64,000 nt of DNA from Oscillospiraceae bacterium (GTDB lineage Bacteria; Bacillota; Clostridia; Oscillospirales; Oscillospiraceae), in contig JAEDIZ010000001.1 of assembly GCA_016296635.1 (NCBI GenBank), forward strand, positions 6,002-70,001. The letters run 5' to 3'. The translations under genes and the position numbers were made by a program. This document shows, piece after piece, positions 16,599-26,117 of this stretch. Each line of letters starts with the position of its first letter. Position 1 is the stretch's first letter. The notes beneath the pieces are model-generated. The model was not told the origin of the DNA, searched no databases, and saw nothing but the letters and a program-made list of their open reading frames with translations.

Positions 16599-18482
16599 TT
16601 ATTCCGGCAGGATCACTTCAAAAACATACTCGATCTCGTAAATTTCTTCCTGCCCGTTTACATCCTGCGAAAAACTGCAGCGCACGGAGTAAACAGCGCT
16701 GTAGTTTGCCAGCGGCAGCATGAACTCCTCCTGCAGCTCCTGCGTGTACGGCGCTTCCCCGTTCAGCCCTTCGACCGTAATTTCTATGCTGTCAGGCGTC
16801 TGCGCGTAGAAGATCAGCTGCACATCCTGCACATCCACGCCTTCCAGTCTGCCAATGCCGTCTTTCAGCGGCTCCGGCAGAACCTGCGCTTCGCCGCTAA
16901 CCGTGTGGGACAGAACGATCGGTTCACACGGAATGAATTCTCCTTCCGGCGTGATATCCGCCCCGAAATTGAGCCCCATCTCGCAGGGCAGTGTGTAGAG
17001 CGTTTCTTCGATCGGCGCCAGCAGGCTCATCACGTAGTCCCAGTCCGGCGGCTGCTGCAGATAATACAGCTCTGAGTACCGCCGCTCCTTTTTGAGCGGC
17101 ATACTGATGTCAACGCTCTGATCGGTCAGGCTCAAAGACACAAGCCCGTCCTGCGTGTGAAAGAGCGCAAACAGATTCAGCCCCTCATACTTCGGCGCCG
17201 CGTAACGCCCGGTCAGCTTCCAGACCGGCAGCTTTTCCACATAGGAAAGCAGCGCCCGGGGATCGGCGCACCGGTAGTTGCGGGCGCTTCCGTTCTCATA
17301 GACCGTCACACCCGTCTTTTCTTCCGGCAGCAGAGACAGCTCCCGATAGGAAAAGGTCTGCGCCGCGGGTTTCGTATCGTAGGCCAGCGTCGCCCAACCG
17401 CTGCTGATGATGAGACCGAAAAACAACGCACCTGCCAGAACTGCACCAAACAGTTTCCTGCCGGGCTTCACAATGCTTTTGAGTCGGTAGCGAAGCGCCT
17501 TTGCGTCCGCGGAAAGGCAGGTGGTGAAGCCCCGCGCATCCCCTGCCGTGCTGAGGATCAGATTCGCATACTGCTCTCTGCGTGCCGCATCCGCGTTTTC
17601 CAGCACCATTTCGTCGCAGGAAAGCTCCAGATCCTCGGCGCATTTTTTCATGGCGATCCACATAAAAGGATTGAACCAGCACATGGCCGTGCAGAATCGC
17701 AGAAAGAATTTCGTCTGGCTGTCGCAGCGGAGAATGTGCGCCAGCTCATGGCGCAAAATCAGCTCCAGATCTTCCTGTGTATATGATTTTTCAGGCAGCA
17801 CCACGCGCATGGTTTTCTGAAAAAGTCCAACCGAAAGCGGCGTCCCGGTCTGCCCGGAGTAGACCACCTTCAGCTTTGCCTTTTTGAGTCCCGCGTCTTT
17901 CGTCTGCAGATCCTCCCAGTATTTCAGAAGCGTTGGATCTGTGGCCGGCTCTGCATTGCGCAGGATCTTTTTCCTGAAAACAAGGTGCTGCCCAATGCCG
18001 AAAATCAGCACCAGCGCAAAACCGACTGCCCATAGAATCGCACCGTATCGCAGAACTGTCCTGCTGACATGCAGCACCAGCTTCGGTGCGGACGGACGCA
18101 TATAACTGTAGGTGGTAATATACAGAAAATTCGGGATCAGCCACAGAACTGCCACAGTTCTCGCCCGGATCAGCCGCCGCAGCAGCGGCAGCAGCGCCAG
18201 AAGCAGCATATCATACAGGCAGATGTGCAGAAAGACCCCCAAAAAGCTTTCCAGCAGGTCCTTTGCCAAATGCACTTCCCCTCCGCTGATCACAAGCGTG
18301 ATCACCGGCAGCAGAACAACATAGAGCGGCAGCAGCGTCGGGGAGATCAGCGGCGCCCAGCGTTTTTGCAGCTCCCGCTCCTCTCCCGGTTCTCTCTCTC
18401 CGAGACGAAACCAGATCCCGGCGTCCACCACCAGACTGAACAGTGCAGCGAAAAAGCCGCGAAGCAGATTGTCTTCACTCAT
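16599..18482 (-). CDS. BlaR1/MecR1-like M56 metallopeptidase sensor
   Basis: Several TMs, RHELAH (HExxH), WFNP, ELSCDE; overlaps blaI-like gene. Confidence 0.88.
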   Translation of the reverse strand: MSEDNLLRGFFAALFSLVVDAGIWFRLGEREPGEERELQKRWAPLISPTLLPLYVVLLPVITLVISGGEVHLAKDLLESFLGVFLHICLYDMLLLALLPLLRRLIRARTVAVLWLIPNFLYITTYSYMRPSAPKLVLHVSRTVLRYGAILWAVGFALVLIFGIGQHLVFRKKILRNAEPATDPTLLKYWEDLQTKDAGLKKAKLKVVYSGQTGTPLSVGLFQKTMRVVLPEKSYTQEDLELILRHELAHILRCDSQTKFFLRFCTAMCWFNPFMWIAMKKCAEDLELSCDEMVLENADAARREQYANLILSTAGDARGFTTCLSADAKALRYRLKSIVKPGRKLFGAVLAGALFFGLIISSGWATLAYDTKPAAQTFSYRELSLLPEEKTGVTVYENGSARNYRCADPRALLSYVEKLPVWKLTGRYAAPKYEGLNLFALFHTQDGLVSLSLTDQSVDISMPLKKERRYSELYYLQQPPDWDYVMSLLAPIEETLYTLPCEMGLNFGADITPEGEFIPCEPIVLSHTVSGEAQVLPEPLKDGIGRLEGVDVQDVQLIFYAQTPDSIEITVEGLNGEAPYTQELQEEFMLPLANYSAVYSVRCSFSQDVNGQEEIYEIEYVFEVILPE

Positions 18483-18856
18483 AGCCGGTTCTCCTTCAGC
18501 AGCTGCCGCAGCTCCTCGATCTCCTCTTTGGAAAGTCCGCTGTCGCAGAGCGCGGAGGCAAAGGCTGTCATGCTGCCGCCGCAGAGCTTGCGGATGAAGG
18601 ATTCGGACTGGCTGGACAGATAGTCATGCTTTTCCACCAACGGCGTATAGACGCTGCCGCGGCCTTCCTTCTGAATGCGGAGAAAGCCCCGTTCCGCCAA
18701 CCGGCCCAAAAGCGTCAGCAGCGTGGTCGCAGCCATGGGCGGCTCCCGGTTCAGGTTCTTTTCGATCTCTTTTCTTGTTGCCGGTGCTTCGCAGCGCCAT
18801 ACGGCCTGCATGACTTCCAACTCGCTGTCCGGCAGACGGTGCAGTTCTGTTTTCAT
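18479..18856 (-). CDS. BlaI/MecI/CopY family repressor
   Basis: LPDSELEVMQAVW, TTLLTLLGRLAERGFL, LSKEEIEELRQLL. Confidence 0.92.
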   Translation of the reverse strand: MKTELHRLPDSELEVMQAVWRCEAPATRKEIEKNLNREPPMAATTLLTLLGRLAERGFLRIQKEGRGSVYTPLVEKHDYLSSQSESFIRKLCGGSMTAFASALCDSGLSKEEIEELRQLLKENRL

Positions 18857-18871
18857 CGAAAAGCCTCCCTT

Positions 18872-18921
18872 CTACATTTGTAGTACATATATATTCTACA
18901 CTTGTAGAAAGAGATTGTCAA
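18872..18921 (-). promoter_or_regulatory. blaI-like promoter with two TACA-N2-TGTA operators
   Basis: CTACATTTGTAG 18872-18883; TTCTACACTTGTAGAA 18894-18909; minus-strand TTGACA 18921-18916, 17 bp spacer, TAGAAT 18898-18893. Confidence 0.85.
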
Positions 18922-18993
18922 TCTGTTTCGGAATGAAAAGGCACCGTCCTACGATTCGGACGGTGCCTCTTAGATTCTTTTTTGCCTGATTGC

Positions 18994-20361
18994 TCAGATC
19001 ATGAACAGCGCTTCGCGGATGACCTCTGCCACGGACGGATGCGGGAACACGATCTTGTCGAGGTGTTCCTTCGGCAGCTTGGAGTAGACCATGGCGGCTG
19101 CGCCGTAGATGATTTCGGAAGCGTAGGAGCCAACCATATGCACGCCGAGGATCTGACGGTTTTTGGTGTCGTAAATCAGCTTGACAAAGCCGTCACCCTT
19201 CAGATTTTCTGCCACATAACGGCCGGAGAGCATCATGGGGGCCTTCACGACCTTGACCTGCAGACCCTTATCCTTGGCACTCTGTTCGGTCTCACCAACG
19301 CTGGCAACTTCGGGGTTGGTGTAGATGACGGAGGGGATGATGGAGTAGTCGATCTTGTCCTTCTTGCCGAGAATGTGGTTGACGGCAACCTCGGCTTCTC
19401 TGTAAGCGGTATGAGCCAGCATCAGCTTGCCGTTGCAGTCGCCGATGGCATAGACGCCGGGCACGCTGGTGCAGAGATGCTCGTCGGTGACGATGGCGCT
19501 GCGGTTCATTTCAAGACCGAGTACCTCGGTGTTGAGTCCGGTCACATCTGCGCGGCGGCCGGAGGAAAGCAGAACGCGGTCGCAGGAAATGGTGTGCTGA
19601 CCGGCTGCATCGGAATAGGTGACGGTGTTGGTGCCGACAGCTTCGACCTTTGCGTTGAGGCAGAAGGTCATGCCCTCTTTTTCATAGGTGCTCATCAGCA
19701 GATTGCAGATTTCCGGATCCGTGGGGCCGGCGATCTTCGGCATCATTTCCACAACCGTGACCTTGGTGCCGATGGTGGCAAAATAGCAGGCCATTTCCAA
19801 ACCGATGACGCCGCCGCCGATGCAGACCAGCTCCTTCGGCTGCTCCTTGAGATCAAGGATCTCGCGGTTGGTCATGACGAAGCCGCTGGCAATGCCTTCC
19901 TTGACGCCGGGGATCGGAGGAACAACGGCGCAGGAGCCGGATGCAATGATGAGATTTTTGCCGCAGAGGACATCGCTTCCCGCCTCGACCTCAAAGCCTT
20001 CCGCACCCTTGCCGCGGATTCTGCCTTCGGCGGTAAAGACCTTGACGCCGTTGGCTTTCATGGCTGCGCCGACACCGCGCACGAGAGTCTTGACGACTTT
20101 ATCCTTGCGCTCGATAACGGCAGCGTGGTTGAACGAAACATTTTCTGCGGTGACGCCGTAATCCGCGCCATGTTTTGCGGAGGAATACTGCTTTGCACAG
20201 TAAAGAAGACTCTTGGTGGGTACGCAGCCTTCATTGAGGCAGGTGCCGCCCAGCGCACGCTTTTCGATCAGCGCAGCGGACAGACCGCCCTGTGCGGCAC
20301 GCTCTGCGCAGAGATAACCGGCGGGGCCGCCGCCGATGATGACAACATCAAATTTTTCCAT
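18994..20361 (-). CDS. lpdA: Dihydrolipoyl dehydrogenase
   Basis: GGGPAGY, GGTCLNEGCVPTK redox disulfide, GGGVIGLE, HPSVAE; terminator 18936-18971. Confidence 0.93.
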   Translation of the reverse strand: MEKFDVVIIGGGPAGYLCAERAAQGGLSAALIEKRALGGTCLNEGCVPTKSLLYCAKQYSSAKHGADYGVTAENVSFNHAAVIERKDKVVKTLVRGVGAAMKANGVKVFTAEGRIRGKGAEGFEVEAGSDVLCGKNLIIASGSCAVVPPIPGVKEGIASGFVMTNREILDLKEQPKELVCIGGGVIGLEMACYFATIGTKVTVVEMMPKIAGPTDPEICNLLMSTYEKEGMTFCLNAKVEAVGTNTVTYSDAAGQHTISCDRVLLSSGRRADVTGLNTEVLGLEMNRSAIVTDEHLCTSVPGVYAIGDCNGKLMLAHTAYREAEVAVNHILGKKDKIDYSIIPSVIYTNPEVASVGETEQSAKDKGLQVKVVKAPMMLSGRYVAENLKGDGFVKLIYDTKNRQILGVHMVGSYASEIIYGAAAMVYSKLPKEHLDKIVFPHPSVAEVIREALFMI

Positions 20362-20641
20362 AGCGGAAAATCTCCTATTTCAATTTTTTTATAAGGCACA
20401 ACAAAAATAATATATCTTATGCCATACAGTATAGCATAGTTTTCCGTATTTGTATATCGATTTTCTTATATTTATTGAAAAATTTTTATTTTTTTCTATT
20501 GAATGTGGTTTCTATAAATAAAAAAACGAATTTTTTCGTACATTTAACATAAATAAAGGAGAAACAACATATGTTGATTTTTTACCGGAACCGGGTAAAA
20601 TGGAAAAAGATATGGAAACGGATACGGAAAGGACAGAAATC

Positions 20642-22435
20642 ATGGTAAAACAGCCTTACGCCGGGCGTCTGACGGCGCTGCGGGCACGGATGCGGGAAAA
20701 CGGAATTGACGCGTATATCATCGTCACGGATGATTTTCACGGGTCTGAATATGTGGGCGATTATTTTAAGTGCCGGGAATTCATATCCGGCTTTGACGGC
20801 TCCGCGGGGACGCTGGTCGTGACGGAACAAGAGGCCGGCCTTTGGACGGACGGGCGCTATTTTCTGCAGGCGCGTGATCAGCTGGCGGGAACCGGCATCG
20901 AACTGCGGAAAATGGGCGATCCCGGCGTGCCGACCATCACGGAATATCTGAAAACCGCCGTGCCGGAAAACGGCTGCGTCGGCTATGACGGCAGAACCAT
21001 TTCCGCAGGCTTTGCGGACAGCATTGCCCGGGCGCTGGAATCGAAAACGGTACGCTTCCGGCAGGATGCAGATCTTGCAGGCGAGCTTTGGGAAAACCGA
21101 CCGGAATTTCCTCATGCGCCGATCTGGCTTCTGAATGACAGATACACGGGCATGAGCCGGGCGGAAAAGCTGCGCAGCCTGCGGGAAAAGCTGCAGCAGG
21201 CAGGCGCTGATTCGGCGATCATTGCCTCGCTGGATGACATCGCGTGGCTTTATAACTTCCGCGGCAGCGATGTGGAGTATAACCCCGTTGCCATGAGCTA
21301 TACGCTGGTTTCGCAGACTGACGCCGTGCTTTATATCAGCCCGGAGGCGGTATCAAAGGAGATCGCGCAGGAATTTGCGGCGGACGGCATTTCTCTGAAG
21401 CCGTATCTGCAGATCTACGAGGATGCAAAGCATCTGAAAGGCGGCGTGCTTTTAGACGGGCGCAGCATCAATGTCGCGCTGCGCAGCGCCCTCGGAAAGA
21501 CTGCATACTGCATCCCGATGCCAAATCCGACAACGCTGCAGAAAGCGGTCAAGACGCCGACAGAATGTGAAAACATGCGTCTGGCGCATATCCGCGACGG
21601 CGTTGCCATGACGAAGCTGATCTGCTGGCTCAAGCATCTGCCGGATGTTTCTGCGGTCACAGAGATGGATGTCAGCCGGAAGCTGGAGCAGCTGCGCAGA
21701 CAGCAGCCGGACTATCTGCAGCCGAGTTTTCCGTCTATCGTGGCTGCCGGTGCCCACGGCGCGATCATCCACTACGAGCCGACAGACAAGACAGATGTGC
21801 CGCTTGAAAAGGACAGCTTTGTGCTGATGGACACGGGCGCTCATTTTCTGCAGGGCACCACGGACATTACCCGCACGGTGGCGCTGGGCCGCATAACGGA
21901 AAAACAGAAGATTCACTACACGGCAGTTCTGCGCGGAAACCTCGGTATCTTGGATGCGTGTCTGAAATACGGCTGCACGGGGGTGCATCTGGATGCAATC
22001 GCAAGGATGCCTTTGTGGGAGCTGGGGCTTGACTACAACCACGGAACGGGACACGGCGTCGGTTACCTTCTCAATGTGCATGAGGGGCCGAACCACATCG
22101 GACTCAAGGACAGAAACGGCGGCATGGGTACGGTGTTCGAGCCGGGGATGATCACCTCTGACGAGCCGGGACTTTACCTTGAGGGAGAATACGGCATCCG
22201 GTTGGAAAACCTTGTGCTGACAGTAGACCGCGAAACAACGGAATACGGCAGATTCCTCGGCTTTGAAGCGCTGACGATGGTGCCCTTTGACCGGGATGCG
22301 ATTTTGCCGGAGTGCATGACGGAGCGGGAAAGAAAAACGCTCAATACATATCATGCCCGGGTTTACGAAATAATTGCACCGTATCTGACGAAGGAAGAGG
22401 CCGGCTGGCTGCGGGTGCAGACGCTGCCGCTGTAA
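20642..22435 (+). CDS. Aminopeptidase P family (M24B) protein
   Basis: DFHGSEY, WTDGRYF, GTTDITRT, HGTGHGVG, HEGP, SDEPG, GIRLEN. Confidence 0.92.
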   Translation: MVKQPYAGRLTALRARMRENGIDAYIIVTDDFHGSEYVGDYFKCREFISGFDGSAGTLVVTEQEAGLWTDGRYFLQARDQLAGTGIELRKMGDPGVPTITEYLKTAVPENGCVGYDGRTISAGFADSIARALESKTVRFRQDADLAGELWENRPEFPHAPIWLLNDRYTGMSRAEKLRSLREKLQQAGADSAIIASLDDIAWLYNFRGSDVEYNPVAMSYTLVSQTDAVLYISPEAVSKEIAQEFAADGISLKPYLQIYEDAKHLKGGVLLDGRSINVALRSALGKTAYCIPMPNPTTLQKAVKTPTECENMRLAHIRDGVAMTKLICWLKHLPDVSAVTEMDVSRKLEQLRRQQPDYLQPSFPSIVAAGAHGAIIHYEPTDKTDVPLEKDSFVLMDTGAHFLQGTTDITRTVALGRITEKQKIHYTAVLRGNLGILDACLKYGCTGVHLDAIARMPLWELGLDYNHGTGHGVGYLLNVHEGPNHIGLKDRNGGMGTVFEPGMITSDEPGLYLEGEYGIRLENLVLTVDRETTEYGRFLGFEALTMVPFDRDAILPECMTERERKTLNTYHARVYEIIAPYLTKEEAGWLRVQTLPL

Positions 22436-22444
22436 AAAAAGAAG

Positions 22445-22478
22445 AATCCGCGCAGACAGTTTTGTCTGCGCGGATTTT
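22445..22478. terminator. Bidirectional intrinsic terminator
   Basis: AATCCGCGCAGACA/TGTCTGCGCGGATT inverted repeat. Confidence 0.8.
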
Positions 22479-22493
22479 GACATATTCAGAGTT

Positions 22494-23054
22494 CTATTTT
22501 TTCGCTGCGTTCAGATACTGCGCAGCGCGCAGCACGGCAGCCTGCGTTTTGCCGTCCGGGATCAAATCATCGGCGATCTGCCGCAGCAGATCACTCATGG
22601 GCAGGCGGAAGGTGTTCAGAAATTCATCCTCATCCAGCTTCTGCTCACCAAAGCGCAGATCCCGGGCAAGATACATATAAATCATCTCCGTGGAATAGGC
22701 GCAGCAGGGGCAGAACCGGCCCAAAAAGATCAGCTCGCCCGCCTCGGCACCGGTCTCCTCCCGCAGCTCGCGCCGGGCGGCAGCCTCGGGATCCGTCTCA
22801 TCGGGATCCATCTTTCCTGCCGGTATTTCCGTATAGACCTCGCCCATGGGGTAGCGGTACTGCCTTTCCATCAGCACATCGCCGTTTTCAAACAGCGGCA
22901 CGACACATACCGCGCCGCATTTTTGGATATATTCGCGGACGGAGGTCTTTCCGTTGGGCAGCTGCACCTCGTCACGCCGCACATCCAAAAGGCAGCCGTC
23001 ATACATCTGCTGCGAGCGTACCGTCCGCTCGGTCAGATCCTCAAAGCGTTCCAT
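22494..23054 (-). CDS. nudF: ADP-ribose pyrophosphatase (NudF-like NUDIX)
   Basis: RQYRYP, EIPAGK, ARRELREETG, LDEDEF, DGKT. Confidence 0.85.
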   Translation of the reverse strand: MERFEDLTERTVRSQQMYDGCLLDVRRDEVQLPNGKTSVREYIQKCGAVCVVPLFENGDVLMERQYRYPMGEVYTEIPAGKMDPDETDPEAAARRELREETGAEAGELIFLGRFCPCCAYSTEMIYMYLARDLRFGEQKLDEDEFLNTFRLPMSDLLRQIADDLIPDGKTQAAVLRAAQYLNAAKK

Positions 23055-23129
23055 CCTTCATTCCTCCAAAAGTGTTTTTCTCATTTTATCGCGTTTGTTT
23101 TTTAATGTCAAACACGGCAGAAACTGGAT

Positions 23130-23158
23130 GCGTATGATCCGCGCTGGTGGGCATACTA
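23130..23158 (+). promoter_or_regulatory. SigG/SigF-like promoter
   Basis: GCGTA 23130-23134, 17 bp spacer, CATACTA 23152-23158; GGGCATACTA also fits the SigF -10. Confidence 0.55.
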
Positions 23159-23164
23159 GCTTCG

Positions 23165-23522
23165 GAGTGATTCCATAACCGTTTCAGCTCGGATCTTTGT
23201 AAGTGCGTTTTGACGCCGGGTCCGTCGGCGGCGCGGAATGGCTGCGTTGTTTCCATCAGGCTCGCGCCGTCCGGGTAATCCGGCGCGAATGCGCTCAAAG
23301 CCGTTTTTGCCGGAGCGGCATCCGAAAACAGCGCCGACGGGCTTTGCCTGCGCTCCGAACGGCAGACAGCGCAAACAGAGGTCGGAGGGTTCGGCATCTC
23401 GTGAAGGGATCCGGCGGGACGCTTCCGCAGTTTTGCAGGGGTCTGCTTTCAAACAGATGTCCCGGTATCTGTTCTTCCGGCAGGAGACCGGAGCGGTTCG
23501 TCAATCGCTCCGGTCTCTTTTT
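23165..23522 (+). ncRNA. Putative ~350-nt structured non-coding RNA of unknown family
   Basis: Nested long-range helices, own promoter and terminator; both flanking genes have separate SigA-like promoters. Confidence 0.6.
23484..23522 (+). terminator. Intrinsic terminator of the putative ncRNA
   Basis: GAGACCGGAGCG/CGCTCCGGTCTC 12-bp stem followed by TTTTT. Confidence 0.85.
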
Positions 23523-23633
23523 GCCCGCAGCCTGTGCAAAACCCGCAAAAAACTGTCAAACGGTTGCAATCAGGCGGTTTTTGTGGTATTTTATACCCAA
23601 CTGTGCATATTTGATTATTGGGAGGTGACGGTA

Positions 23634-25295
23634 TTGAAGCGGCTGATTTTGTTTTTGGGTTGTCTGATTCTGCTGACAACAAGCGCGTTTGCAGCGGAAA
23701 GCAAGATTACGGATCTGAAAACCGACTGTCTTGCGGATAACCGCGGACGTTGTCAGATCACGCAGACGATCACCCTTGATATCACGGGCATGGAGCAGCA
23801 GCTTCTGTTCCCGCTGCCGGACGGTGCAAAGAAGGCATCGCTGGCAGGCTTCGATACCTCCAAAAAAACGCAGGACGGCCATACGGCTCTGGCGCTGAAA
23901 AACAGCGCAGGTTTTTCCAGCAGCCGCACCTTTACACTGATCTACACGGTCGATGCGGAGATTACGGAAAAGGACGGCGTGCAGACGATGAAGCTGCCGC
24001 TTCTGTGTCCGCGCTGGGAGTTCCCCATCGAACGCTACAGCTTTACGGTCATGATGCCCGATGCATTTGAATCCTTCCCGACCTTCGTCAGCGGCTATTA
24101 CGGCGAGGCGGCAGAGGATTATATGGATGTGCAGACCCGCGACGCGATCGTAGACGGATCATTTCTGGAGCCGCTCAAGGATCATGAGTCTTTGGATATG
24201 CTGCTGGAAGTGCCGAGCGGGTATTTTTCCGGTACATACGCAACATGGTCTGCCAACTGGACGGCTGTGGCGCTGGTCATTGCGCTGACGCTGGCGGCGG
24301 TTGGATACTGGCTGCTGAAGCTGCGCAGCCCGAAGCTGCGCAAGAATTCCCGGTCTCTGCCGCCGGATGCGGCGCTGCCCTGCGACCTGCCGTATCTTGT
24401 GGCGCAGGGCCGTCCGGATTTCAACATGCTGATCTGCCATTGGGGCGTGCTGGGTTATCTGTCCGTTCATGTGGACGCCAAGGGAAATGTTGCGCTTTAT
24501 AAGCGCGTGGAAATGGGCAACGAGCGCAGACGGACGGAGCGCAAGCTCTTTGACGCGCTGTTTGCCCGGGGCAGCATCTGTGACGGCGCAAGCCTTGTCT
24601 ATAAGCGCACGGCTTCCGGTGCCATCAACGCGATCCCGCGATTCTGGAACCGCAGACTTTACGATGCAGGCAGCGGAAATCCGCTGATCATGAAGGGACT
24701 TTCCTGCCTCGTCAGCGCCATCGTGCTGCTGGAAGCAATGGGTGCGCTGCTGCCGTCCATGAAGCTGCGGTGGCTGCTGATCTTCCTTTCCTTTATCCTC
24801 GGCGGCGTGCTGGGCGCGGTGGTACAGTATGGGCCTGCGTCCTGGTATTTAGGCAAAAAGCTCCAACTGGTCTGCTCGATTGCCGCCGGGATCGCACTGC
24901 TGATCCTGGCCAAGCTCGGCGGCTTTTCCATGCAGATGCTGCTGGCGCTGGCGCTGGCGGTCTGGACGGGCTTTGTGACGCTGCACGGCGGAAAACGTTC
25001 GCAGCAGGGAACACAGATCGTTTCGCAGGCCATGGGTTTCCGCAGGTTCCTGCTCCGGGTAAGCCGGACGCATCTGGAAATGATGCTGCGCCGGGACGGA
25101 CAGTATTTTTATGAGCTGCTGCCCTATGCCGAATCCATTGGTCTCGGTGAGCTTCTGGCGGAGAAGATGGGAGATCTGGAGCTGGAGAGCTGCGACTGGT
25201 ACTTTGAGGAAAGCAAAGTGCCGGCAAAGGCAAGCGGATTCTATGCGCATCTGCGCGAAGCGCTGTCGATGCTGGAGCTGTCGATCCGGCACTGA
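23634..25295 (+). CDS. DUF2207-like predicted membrane protein
   Basis: TTG start after GGAGGTGA; signal peptide, extracellular domain, TMs, C-terminal GFRRFL...YELLPYA. Confidence 0.8.
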   Translation: MKRLILFLGCLILLTTSAFAAESKITDLKTDCLADNRGRCQITQTITLDITGMEQQLLFPLPDGAKKASLAGFDTSKKTQDGHTALALKNSAGFSSSRTFTLIYTVDAEITEKDGVQTMKLPLLCPRWEFPIERYSFTVMMPDAFESFPTFVSGYYGEAAEDYMDVQTRDAIVDGSFLEPLKDHESLDMLLEVPSGYFSGTYATWSANWTAVALVIALTLAAVGYWLLKLRSPKLRKNSRSLPPDAALPCDLPYLVAQGRPDFNMLICHWGVLGYLSVHVDAKGNVALYKRVEMGNERRRTERKLFDALFARGSICDGASLVYKRTASGAINAIPRFWNRRLYDAGSGNPLIMKGLSCLVSAIVLLEAMGALLPSMKLRWLLIFLSFILGGVLGAVVQYGPASWYLGKKLQLVCSIAAGIALLILAKLGGFSMQMLLALALAVWTGFVTLHGGKRSQQGTQIVSQAMGFRRFLLRVSRTHLEMMLRRDGQYFYELLPYAESIGLGELLAEKMGDLELESCDWYFEESKVPAKASGFYAHLREALSMLELSIRH

Positions 25296-25353
25296 GAAAA
25301 AAGGAAACGCCCGAACAGTCGTTCGGGCGTTTTTTCTGTCTGTAGGCAGACGC

Positions 25354-26034
25354 TTATGCACGAAGATCGTGCAGAACGGCGTCCGTTGTCTGAAGGCAGC
25401 GCAGCGCGGCGTCCTGCAGCTCTTCATAAAATCCCTTTGCACCGTCTGCAAGACCGTCGGAAACCGCCTTGAGCAGCAGGCAGGGAACCGCATTCGCCTC
25501 GCAGCACAGCACGACGCCGGCGGATTCCATGTCGCACACGTCACCCTCGAACGCTTCATGCAGGCTGCGCTTGTCCTCCTGCTTTCCGACGAACCGGTCG
25601 CCGGAGCAGCAGGTCGAAACGGAAAGCTCCGGGAACACGGAGAGGGCCTTTGCAACGAGCGACGGCTCCGGCTTCAGGAAAACGGAGTCATGCCCGTCCA
25701 CCTGCCCGAGTTTCAGATCCATGAACTCGGTGCAGTCATAGCGGTAATGCACGACGCGGTCAATGACGCAGATCTTATGCTGCTTCATTTCCTCAGTCAG
25801 ACCGCCGACCACGCCGAAGTTTACGATCATCTCAACGCCGCAGCCGGTGATCAGATACTGCGTTCCGGCGGCAGCGGCGATCTCGCCCATGCCGGTATGC
25901 AGCACGTAGATCTCATGCGCTCCTTTTTCAATACGGTAAAGGTCGAAGCCCGAAGGACAGGCGAGCTGTGTCCTTTCCGGGTAATAAGAGAAAATGGAAT
26001 CCATTTCAATTGCGACGATCAAACCGATTTTCAT
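25354..26034 (-). CDS. mtnN: 5'-methylthioadenosine/S-adenosylhomocysteine nucleosidase family
   Basis: GMGEIAAA, NFGVVGGL, SGDRFV, CDMESAG, KAVSD. Confidence 0.8.
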   Translation of the reverse strand: MKIGLIVAIEMDSIFSYYPERTQLACPSGFDLYRIEKGAHEIYVLHTGMGEIAAAAGTQYLITGCGVEMIVNFGVVGGLTEEMKQHKICVIDRVVHYRYDCTEFMDLKLGQVDGHDSVFLKPEPSLVAKALSVFPELSVSTCCSGDRFVGKQEDKRSLHEAFEGDVCDMESAGVVLCCEANAVPCLLLKAVSDGLADGAKGFYEELQDAALRCLQTTDAVLHDLRA

Positions 26035-26117
26035 TTTACATCTCTCCTTTCATAAGCAAAAGAAAAGGCCGCTGAAGAATCACCTTCAGCGGCCTTTTGC
26101 GTTGTATCTGCGCAGAA

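Noticed and set aside
20362..20600. AT-rich tract as the oriC unwinding element
   Set aside because: No TTATCCACA-type DnaA boxes seen and no dnaA or dnaN adjacent; more simply a divergent promoter region.
23165..23522. Assignment as canonical SRP RNA, RNase P RNA, tmRNA, OLE or raiA RNA
   Set aside because: The hallmark motifs of SRP (CAGG-GNRA-AGCAG), RNase P (GAGGAAAGUCC) and tmRNA (tRNA-like ends) were not found, and no resemblance to OLE or raiA was recognised from memory; left as unknown pending a covariance-model search.
23238..23633. 132-aa N-terminal extension of the DUF2207 ORF
   Set aside because: It crosses a strong terminator and the gene's own promoter; a good RBS and signal peptide begin at TTG 23634.
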